From NCBI GenBank assembly GCA_044070495.1, contig JBIPSI010000009.1:64001-128000 (forward strand): 64,000 nucleotides of DNA. Direction: 5' to 3'. Position numbers and translations under genes: made by a program. Origin of the DNA: Spirulina sp. (GTDB lineage Bacteria; Cyanobacteriota; Cyanobacteriia; Phormidesmidales; Phormidesmidaceae). The notes below the pieces were generated by a model, which was given only the letters and a program-made list of their open reading frames with translations, made no database searches and had not been told where the DNA came from. Positions 56,325 to 64,000 of the stretch are shown here, piece by piece. Numbering within the stretch: the stretch's first letter is position 1; the number at the start of each line of letters is the position of its first letter.

Positions 56325-59300
56325 ATGGCTGACTCGCAAGAGCCACCGATTCGACTCCAGCTTGACTTCTCCGCCGACCAGCCCGGTTTGATGGAGGGGC
56401 TAGAGGCGTGGTTGCGGCTGGGGTTGCTGACCGAGGCGCAGGTGTTGGCCTTGGCCCAGGCTCAGCTTACCTGTGAGGTGCCGCCGTTTCCCAGGGCGGT
56501 GATGGGGGCAGAGCTAGCGGGTGCTTCTGCGACCGAACTTGTGGCACCGAATACCTCGGATTCAGCGGTACCCGACATCTCGACTTCAGGGGTCACAGAT
56601 ATCCCGACGCCAGGAGTACCAATCCCTTCAGAAACAGAGGGCATCTCAGACTTTCTGCCGCCTGATTCTGAAGAAGAGGCGATTTTTCGGACATTACCGC
56701 CGCCGCCATCCCCCTCCCGCCAGAGAGGTCAACCCCAAAGAGGTCAGCGGCAGGAATCGGCCCCTAGGCGAGCTTCTATCTCTCGACCGTCGGCCCCCGT
56801 CTCACCCTCCACCCGACCGCCTCGATCTCCCTCTGCGACAGGGGTGTGGCTGGATCGCCTGATGAGCGAGCTGAGTGTGGTGTGGCTGCTGGGGTTGGGG
56901 GTGTTTTTGGTGGTGCTGTCGTCGGCGGTACTGGCGGCGACCCAGTGGGCGCGGTTCAATGCCGTGGGGCAGTACCTTGTGCTGTTGACCTATACCCTGG
57001 TGTTTTGGGGGGCGGGGTTGATCTGTGGGCAGCGGCCCAATCTGCAACTAACGGCCAAAACCCTCGGTATGATTGCCCTACTGCTGGTGCCCCTCAACTT
57101 TTGGGCGATGGATGCGCTGGGGATATGGAGGACCTCCGGTGGGGCGCTGCTGGGGATCGTTGCGGCCCTAGGGCTGTCTGGGGTGACGGTGCAAGCTATG
57201 CGGCAGCAGCGGGGATCGGCCCTAGAGCAAGGGAACGCCCTAGGATTAGCCTATCTGCACATGGGCTGGGGCCTGGGAACAATGCCGATGGTAGCGGTTT
57301 ATCTCGGTGTGCTGGGCAGCGCCATGGTGACGCTGTATCGACCCTTGCAAGCCCGCCGTTCCCTGCCCAGAGGATCGGCCTCCTCGGCCTTGGGGCATTC
57401 GGCCAGCACCCCCTCCCCTCCCACGGCGGCAGACATCCAGCCCCCCTCTCCATTGCACCTGCCCACGGCAACCCTCGGTATTTCCCTTGGCCTCTTGCTA
57501 TTGCGAGCGCTCACCCTGGTTGACCCCACCCAGTGGGGGCAGTTTGGCCTTGCCGTTGGCCTCTATGCGGCCACCTGGGTCTGGCTTGGCCAACGTCACC
57601 TGGCCCCAAGCAATCAAGCTTTGGCGACCGAGGCCCAATCTGCCCCCGATTCTCCCGATTCCCCCGATTCCCCGTCCCCCCGTCTTCCCTCACCCCTCAC
57701 CCGCTGGCCTATCCTGCTCGGTCGCCTGCTGTTGGTTGGCGCTTGGCTGACAACCATTACCGACTGGTTGGCCCAAGCCTTTGGAATTAGTGCGTTGGGT
57801 CTGGGGTTACGCATCCAGGCCTTACAAAAACTTGGCAAACGGCGGGATTTGCTGACGGCCCATGTCATTGCCATTCAGCTTGGCTTTGTAGGATGGGAAC
57901 TGCTGCCCGAAGCCCTCCGCCAAGGCAGCACAGCCCTACTTTTTGCCTGGACGGGGGCAGAATGGTGGCCCACGGCCCTGCTGGGTATTTCCCTGTTTCC
58001 CTATGTGATCGGGCTGGTGGCCCTGGGAGACTGGTACTATCGCCGCCATCAGCCCAAACTGGGACGTTTCAGTGACGAACTGGCCATCATCGACGGCGTT
58101 TTGCTGATGCTGGTGAGCGCCACTGTGGGGCGGGTCTTGGTGATCAATCTCATCGCCTCTACGGTGACGGCCTTTGTGGTGGCCGGGCGCAGAACTCCCC
58201 GCCGCCAGGGCTATATTTTGCTGAGCTATGGCCTCACGGTGGCCACTATCCTCGTCACCATTGGCCAGCGTTGGCCCCAACTTCCCCTAGAGCATTGGGC
58301 AGCGGTGGGAGCGACCTTAGCCGTAGCGTCGATTCTGTGCAGCAAGGCTCTACCGAATCTCTGGGGCAAAAGCGCCTGGCTCTATGGGTTAGGGCTGTCG
58401 GCGTTTACCTACCTGCTGCTGTGGTGGCACCTGCTAACGATTCCCACCCCCTGGCAAAGCCCCTGGAGCCTGTTGGGGCTGGCCATCCCTACGGCCTTTA
58501 CGCTCATTCGCCGCCATACCGCTAGCGTGCCCACCACCGCTCTGGCCCTGCTGCTCACCCTGGGCCTACCCTGGACAAGGCTAGTCGGTCTTGCCACGGC
58601 AATCCTGCTGTCGGCCCTCAACGGCGCGGCCCTGCGGCAACCCAGCCTCCCCTTTGTAACGGTGGCCTACGGTCTGGGGCTAGTCGTCGCCACGGTGGAA
58701 TACAGCATTCCCAACTTCCCCCGCCACTGGACAGACTGGTACGGCGTCACCGCTGCCCTCGCCCTCACTCTCTGGGCTATCCACCGTATCCTCTCCTCAA
58801 GCCCCGTACGGGCGCACCGCAGTGCGCCCCAACCCCAGCCCCTAATTCCTCTCTATGGTGCCGCCTGCGACCAATGGGGTCACCTCCTCACCCTAGGACT
58901 GCTCACGGTGATGACGATCTTTCCCCGGTGGCTGTTGGTGGCCTGGGAACCCCTCAGAATTCTGCCGCTCATGGCATCAGGAGGACTTTTGCTGGCCCTC
59001 GCCCTGCGCTATTGGGGACAGGTGCAACCGCGCACGGTTTACTTGGCGGGTTGGGCGGTGCAGCTTTTGGTGGCGGAGGGGATGGCTTGGCGCTGGGGTA
59101 CGCCGTTGGCCTTGGCGGTGCCCACCTTGGGGTTGGGGGCGTTGTCCTTAGTTTTGGCGACGGGCCTATCTCGATCTCGACCCCACCTCGTAGCTCCCCT
59201 TCAGCAGTTGACCCTCGCCTATGCCGGGTTGGCGCTGGTTCTACGAAGCTACACCGCCACCGCCTGGACAGGATGGCTGGTAGTTGGTGCCGCCCTCCTA

Positions 59301-60551
59301 GCACTCGAAATTGGCCGCCGAGGACGGCAGCCCCTCACCCGTTGGATTGCCCTGGTGGGGCTGTCGGTGGGGTGGTATGAGCTGGTGCTGTACCAAATGC
59401 TCCAGGCTCCGGGGGGGGCGGTGGCGGATGGGCTGATCGTCCTAGCGACGGTGGCGGCGCTGATTATGGGCACCTATCGGCTGGCGGCAGGACGACTGCG
59501 GGCAGAATGGGGCCTGCCGCCGCTGGAATTGCTGTGGGCGGCTCATCTGCATTGGTTCATCGGCTCTCTGCTGTTGCTGGGGGCGGGGTTGACAATGGCA
59601 TGGACGAACGGCGGCGGGGTTGGGGCGCACAGCAGTACGCCCGTACAGGGTGTGGGGAATCTGGCCTGGGTTGGGGTGGGGATAGCCGCTGTGTTGGTGG
59701 GCTATGCCGTCTTTCAGGGGCGTTTGGGCACCCAGGACGACCTCAAATCCGCCTGGGTCTATGGGGCACTGGTGGAGCTGGTGGGGTGGTTTGCCCTGGT
59801 GCGGTTGGCGGCTCCGGGGCTGGCACGGCTCGATCCCTGGTGGGGCGTGGTGGCCTGTGCGGTGGCGGTGCCGATCTACTGGATCCCCTGGGAAACCTGG
59901 AACTGGCCCCAGCGGCCTTGGCGGGTGATGGCCATCTCCGTTCCCCTGATTATTACCCTACTCACCCAGGGCGTTGGCCACATTCCTAGCCTGTGGGTGC
60001 TGGTGGGGTTCTATGGCTGGCTGGCGTGGCACAGCGGGCGGGTGCGGGTCTCGTATCTATCGGTGACCATCGCGGTGTGGGCCGTGTGGCTGTGGCTAGA
60101 GCAGCAATCGATCCAAGACGAGGTGATCTGGATGCTTCCCCTAGGGCTAACCATGCTCTACGTCGCCCAGGTGGATCCAACCGTGCGACAGGAGGAGGCC
60201 AAGACCTTTCGCCATTGGCTACGGGTCGCCGCCGTTGGGGTGGTGCTCTTTCCAGCGTTGGGGTCGGATCGCTGGACGGGCTGGCCCGTGGGAGCCATGA
60301 GCCTAGGTATTTTGGCGGCGGGACTGACCCTCCGCATCCGCGCCTTTTTGTACGTGGGCACCCTGGTTTTTGCCCTCAATGCCCTCAATCAACTGGTGTT
60401 GCTCAATGCGGCCTATCCCTTTCTTAAGTGGATCATCGGCATTGCGGTGGGGATCGCGCTGATTTGGGTAGCAGCGGATTTCGAGCGTCGCCGTGCCCAG
60501 TGGCTACAGATCACCCAAAGCTGGCTAGACAATCTGGAGGGATGGCAGTAG
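56325..60551 (+). CDS. Large polytopic membrane protein (DUF2157-like)
   Basis: 1408 aa; EGLEAWLRLGLL, ELSVVWLLGLGVFLVV, LLVPLNFWAMD; many transmembrane segments; AADFERRR near the C-terminus. Confidence 0.85.
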   Translation: MADSQEPPIRLQLDFSADQPGLMEGLEAWLRLGLLTEAQVLALAQAQLTCEVPPFPRAVMGAELAGASATELVAPNTSDSAVPDISTSGVTDIPTPGVPIPSETEGISDFLPPDSEEEAIFRTLPPPPSPSRQRGQPQRGQRQESAPRRASISRPSAPVSPSTRPPRSPSATGVWLDRLMSELSVVWLLGLGVFLVVLSSAVLAATQWARFNAVGQYLVLLTYTLVFWGAGLICGQRPNLQLTAKTLGMIALLLVPLNFWAMDALGIWRTSGGALLGIVAALGLSGVTVQAMRQQRGSALEQGNALGLAYLHMGWGLGTMPMVAVYLGVLGSAMVTLYRPLQARRSLPRGSASSALGHSASTPSPPTAADIQPPSPLHLPTATLGISLGLLLLRALTLVDPTQWGQFGLAVGLYAATWVWLGQRHLAPSNQALATEAQSAPDSPDSPDSPSPRLPSPLTRWPILLGRLLLVGAWLTTITDWLAQAFGISALGLGLRIQALQKLGKRRDLLTAHVIAIQLGFVGWELLPEALRQGSTALLFAWTGAEWWPTALLGISLFPYVIGLVALGDWYYRRHQPKLGRFSDELAIIDGVLLMLVSATVGRVLVINLIASTVTAFVVAGRRTPRRQGYILLSYGLTVATILVTIGQRWPQLPLEHWAAVGATLAVASILCSKALPNLWGKSAWLYGLGLSAFTYLLLWWHLLTIPTPWQSPWSLLGLAIPTAFTLIRRHTASVPTTALALLLTLGLPWTRLVGLATAILLSALNGAALRQPSLPFVTVAYGLGLVVATVEYSIPNFPRHWTDWYGVTAALALTLWAIHRILSSSPVRAHRSAPQPQPLIPLYGAACDQWGHLLTLGLLTVMTIFPRWLLVAWEPLRILPLMASGGLLLALALRYWGQVQPRTVYLAGWAVQLLVAEGMAWRWGTPLALAVPTLGLGALSLVLATGLSRSRPHLVAPLQQLTLAYAGLALVLRSYTATAWTGWLVVGAALLALEIGRRGRQPLTRWIALVGLSVGWYELVLYQMLQAPGGAVADGLIVLATVAALIMGTYRLAAGRLRAEWGLPPLELLWAAHLHWFIGSLLLLGAGLTMAWTNGGGVGAHSSTPVQGVGNLAWVGVGIAAVLVGYAVFQGRLGTQDDLKSAWVYGALVELVGWFALVRLAAPGLARLDPWWGVVACAVAVPIYWIPWETWNWPQRPWRVMAISVPLIITLLTQGVGHIPSLWVLVGFYGWLAWHSGRVRVSYLSVTIAVWAVWLWLEQQSIQDEVIWMLPLGLTMLYVAQVDPTVRQEEAKTFRHWLRVAAVGVVLFPALGSDRWTGWPVGAMSLGILAAGLTLRIRAFLYVGTLVFALNALNQLVLLNAAYPFLKWIIGIAVGIALIWVAADFERRRAQWLQITQSWLDNLEGWQ

Positions 60552-60617
60552 GTCTGCGATCCGCCGCTACACTTTCCCGCTAGGCTGATAACACGCCTGT
60601 TGTATTCAGTCAGCTCC

Positions 60618-61727
60618 ATGGGACAGCGCTTTCGCTTTGCCATCATCAGCGATCCCCACGTCGCCCGCCCAGAAACCATCCCCGATCATCCCCACCGTTT
60701 TCACTTGGTCGAGGTCAGCATTCCGGGGCTAGAGCAAATTTTTGCCCACCTAGAAACCCTCGATTTAGACTTTCTGCTGCTGCCGGGAGATCTCACCCAA
60801 CACGGCGAATGGGAAAACCACGATTGGCTGATTCAGCGCCTCAAAACACTCCCCTTTCCCGCCTACGTGGTTCCGGGCAACCACGACATCATCGCCCACG
60901 ATGCCACCCCCCAAGCCATTGGCCTAGCGGATTTTCCCCGCCTCTACCAGAGCTTTGGCTATGAGGGTGGGCCAAGGCCCTACTATCACCAGGAAATTCT
61001 CCCAAGGGTTCACCTCCTCGGCCTCAATTCCAATGTCTTTGATGAATCTGGGAAACAACTCGGCGTAGGCTACGTGGATGACGAACAACTGGCCTGGCTA
61101 GACGATGTTTTGCCCCAACTGCAAGACGACCTGGTGCTGGTGATGCTGCACCACAACGTCCTAGAGCACCTCTGGGGACAGGCCCAAAGCCCCCTCGGCC
61201 AGCGCTATATGGTGCACAATCGACAAGCGCTGATTCAACGATTGGAAGCCGCCCAGGTGCCGCTGATCTTCACGGGCCATCTCCATGTCCAGAACATTGC
61301 TCGCCAAGGCTCTCTCTGCGAAGTGCTGACCGGATCTTTGGTCAGTTATCCCCATCCCTATCGGGTGCTGGAGGCGGAGTGGGAACCGGGGCAATCCCTA
61401 CGGCTGGAGGTGCAATCCCACCGATTGCAGGCGGTGGCACCCTGGGACGATCTGCAAACCATGTCCTACCAATGGATGTGCGACCGGGCCGGGGTGTTTA
61501 TGGCCAAGTTTCTGGCCGCTCCACCCATTAACCTATCCCCAGCCGAGGCCGAAGCCCTCGCCCCCCGCCTCAGCCACTTCTGGCCCACCGTTGCCAAGGG
61601 CGACCCCCAGTTCGATTTCTCCCACCTGCCCGCCTCGGTGCGCCCCATTTTAGAACGCTTCAACGCCATTGACGCCAACGGCCAACCCGAAGCCATCGAC
61701 AATGCCACCACCCTAGTTTGGCCCTAG
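60618..61727 (+). CDS. Calcineurin-like metallophosphoesterase
   Basis: SDPH, PGDLT, PGNHD, HH, TGHLH. Confidence 0.93.
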   Translation: MGQRFRFAIISDPHVARPETIPDHPHRFHLVEVSIPGLEQIFAHLETLDLDFLLLPGDLTQHGEWENHDWLIQRLKTLPFPAYVVPGNHDIIAHDATPQAIGLADFPRLYQSFGYEGGPRPYYHQEILPRVHLLGLNSNVFDESGKQLGVGYVDDEQLAWLDDVLPQLQDDLVLVMLHHNVLEHLWGQAQSPLGQRYMVHNRQALIQRLEAAQVPLIFTGHLHVQNIARQGSLCEVLTGSLVSYPHPYRVLEAEWEPGQSLRLEVQSHRLQAVAPWDDLQTMSYQWMCDRAGVFMAKFLAAPPINLSPAEAEALAPRLSHFWPTVAKGDPQFDFSHLPASVRPILERFNAIDANGQPEAIDNATTLVWP

Positions 61728-61821
61728 GCCCAGCGACCCCAAGAATCGCTGTAGCCCTAAAAACCCCTGATATAGTTAGGCTGAGATCCACCCTCTTTAC
61801 GATAAGTCCATTCCAACTGCC

Positions 61822-62814
61822 ATGAAACTTTCCAGCAAAAACCTCGATACCCGTCTCGATCAGGTCTACGACGCCATTGTGGTCGGAGGCGGCATGGGAG
61901 GGCTATCCGCCGCCATCTACCTGGCCCGCTACGGCCTCACCTGCCTGGTGGTAGAAAAGGGCAAGGGCCGTTCGGTGTGGATGCAAGATCTGCGCAACTT
62001 CATCGGCTTTGATCCCACCACCCCCGGACGCGACATCCTCAGCCATGGGGCCAAACAGGCCGTTGAATGGGGGGCCGACTACCTGCGGGGCTATGTAGAA
62101 TCCGTTGCCGACGAGGGCGACACCCTGGCCGTCAAGGTAAAAGTGGGCAAAAAAGACAGCATCTACCCCGTCTTTCGCACCCGGTATTTAATCGCCGCCT
62201 CTGGGGTGATCGACGTGCTACCCAAGCTCGACGACATGCAGAACGTCTACGACTTTGCCGGATACACCCTCCATGTCTGCATGATCTGCGATGGCCACGA
62301 CATGCGCGACCAAAAAGCCGTCCTCATCGCCGGATCCGAGGGCCAAATTAACGCCGCCTTTGTGATGAACTGGTTCACCCCCTACATTTCCGTCCTCACC
62401 CACGGGCTGTTTGAGGTCAGCGATGCCATGAAACAAAAGCTAGCCGACCACGGCTACCCCCTCCACGAATCGCCCATTGTGCGCTTCCATGGCCACAAAC
62501 ACCACCTCAGCGGCGTAGAACTGGCCGACGGCACCCTAGTCGAAGCCACCACGGGCCTGGTCAGCATGGGGTCGATCTACCACAACCACTACCTAAAGGA
62601 CATCCCAGGTCTGGAATGGGAGGGCGAAAACCTGGTCACCAACACCATGGCCCAAACCAGCCACGAGCGCATCTTTGCCCTAGGCGACCTTAAACAGGGC
62701 CTCAACCAAGTCTCCATTGCCGTGGCCGATGGCACCCTCGCCGCCACCCAAATTTGGCGCAATATCCGCCGCGCCAGCCCCCCCCGCAAGTGGGAGGAGA
62801 ATATCCCCGCCTAG
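61822..62814 (+). CDS. Thioredoxin reductase-like NAD(P)/FAD-dependent oxidoreductase
   Basis: GGGMGGLSAA, CMICDG, FALGD, AVADG. Confidence 0.92.
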   Translation: MKLSSKNLDTRLDQVYDAIVVGGGMGGLSAAIYLARYGLTCLVVEKGKGRSVWMQDLRNFIGFDPTTPGRDILSHGAKQAVEWGADYLRGYVESVADEGDTLAVKVKVGKKDSIYPVFRTRYLIAASGVIDVLPKLDDMQNVYDFAGYTLHVCMICDGHDMRDQKAVLIAGSEGQINAAFVMNWFTPYISVLTHGLFEVSDAMKQKLADHGYPLHESPIVRFHGHKHHLSGVELADGTLVEATTGLVSMGSIYHNHYLKDIPGLEWEGENLVTNTMAQTSHERIFALGDLKQGLNQVSIAVADGTLAATQIWRNIRRASPPRKWEENIPA

Positions 62815-62973
62815 GGGCTGCAATTTGAAAGGCTCCTAGACTACGCTGGTATTGCTTAGCTATGGCTGGGCAACCTAGGGCTGGCGACACAGGGCTTGGT
62901 AGGCTTGTGTCGCTGGTTGTGGTCGTTGGTCATTGGTCGTTGGTGACTTTAAGGAGAATTTTGCAGATTGGTT

Positions 62974-63669
62974 ATGAAAAACCTTAACCGTAATCAAAAT
63001 CAGGCTAAGCCCCCACAAATTCATCATCATAACTGGGCCAAACAGCTAGAAGAGCTAGAATCCCGCCGCAAGCAGGCTGATGATCTATTCAATCAACTAC
63101 TCCAGGCTGATGAAGAACTAGAAAAGAAAGAGCATGATCTGCGTCAGGCCGACGAGGAAATAGAAAAACAAAAGCAAGCTATTGAGCAAGCTAATTTACA
63201 GCTTACTCAGGCCGACGAGGAGATAGAAAAACAAAAGCATGAACTGCGTCAGGCCAATGAAGAGATCGAAAAGAAAAAACAGGCCATTGAGCAAGCCCAT
63301 GTACGACTGCAACAACAACAACATTACAATCAGCAGCTTTTGCAGAAATTAAAGAATGCGATTCAATCTCGCAACTCTATGCGTGGTCGATTAGGCAACG
63401 TCGTTATGCAATATAACCGCGTCATGCAACAAGTCAATCAATTAATGGAGCGATATAAAACGGCGACGCAAAAACTTAAAACCACAACCGAGCAACTAGG
63501 AAAAGCCTATAAAAAAATCCATACTATCGAGGCCGAGTATGACCAAGATATGACCGAAATCGCTCGTGCTTATCAAGAGGCTAGCTTCGAGCAGCGGGCT
63601 CAACTTCCTGAACAATTGCGGCAAGTTTTAGAGAAAATTGAGCAAGATTACACGGGAGTTGAGAAATGA
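62974..63669 (+). CDS. Coiled-coil protein with an internal 35-aa duplication
   Basis: Q/E/K-rich ORF with four QA(D/N)EE(I/L)EK units; AT-richer than its neighbours. Confidence 0.8.
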   Translation: MKNLNRNQNQAKPPQIHHHNWAKQLEELESRRKQADDLFNQLLQADEELEKKEHDLRQADEEIEKQKQAIEQANLQLTQADEEIEKQKHELRQANEEIEKKKQAIEQAHVRLQQQQHYNQQLLQKLKNAIQSRNSMRGRLGNVVMQYNRVMQQVNQLMERYKTATQKLKTTTEQLGKAYKKIHTIEAEYDQDMTEIARAYQEASFEQRAQLPEQLRQVLEKIEQDYTGVEK

Positions 63670-64000
63670 GACGACGCAGTGAACGCCAGAAAGACATTGA
63701 CGATTTGAAGCAAACGCTCTACGCTGCCGGGGTTTCAACGCTAGAAGCGGCCCAGGCCCAAGAGGAAATGTTGACTACTGCCCTAGAAGCCCTTACGGAC
63801 GCCTATGAAGACCAAGCCACGCCACAACTAGAGGCAGCTACAGACCCAATGCCAGATCTACAGCCCATCCTCGATTCGCTTTGGACAGAACGGCAGCGGG
63901 CACTCACCCAAGGGGATTATGACGCCTACGTGGCCGCAGAAACCAAACTGCAAAACCTCGATGAATTACGGGTGGCTCGAATAGAGCGTGAGGTGCGGGA
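63666..64000 (+). CDS. Hypothetical helical protein, partial; runs off the right edge
   Basis: ATGA overlap with the upstream stop; open frame MRRRSERQKDIDDLKQTLYAAG... Confidence 0.7.
   Translation, partial: MRRRSERQKDIDDLKQTLYAAGVSTLEAAQAQEEMLTTALEALTDAYEDQATPQLEAATDPMPDLQPILDSLWTERQRALTQGDYDAYVAAETKLQNLDELRVARIEREVR

Overview
This is a chromosomal window from a GC-rich filamentous cyanobacterium, probably Nodosilinea/Leptolyngbya-like. That placement is inferred from hetR, CRR6, ycf51, DUF2555, a group 2 sigma factor and a PTPA-CTERM protein. Most of it is housekeeping genes (surE, hemB, tRNA-Lys, nth, rseP, wecB, coaBC, gmd, trmFO, priA, selD). It also holds a small exopolysaccharide cluster (PTPA-CTERM, wzc-like, wza-like, WecB/TagA glycosyltransferase, gmd), an AraC-arylsulfatase pair, a DUF4160-DUF2442 pair and a decayed selD/selU/IS66 scar. 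I found no CRISPR array, prophage or intact transposase, and I cannot point to one complete new system. The best leads are: (1) several families of tiny repeats nested in each other and inserted into coding sequences, in frame in selD and a large membrane-protein gene, and with a frameshift in priA that one extra heptamer would repair; (2) a divergent HetR lacking C48, S152 and the PatS-contacting E254; (3) apparent absence of the cyanobacterial HIP1 core CGATCG (also GGCGCC and CTGCAG) while CCTAGG is common; (4) a Wzc pseudokinase and a recurring GTA-N4-TAC motif in EPS promoters; (5) an AT-richer, translationally coupled coiled-coil gene pair at the right edge. All family calls come from motif recognition by eye, not database searches.
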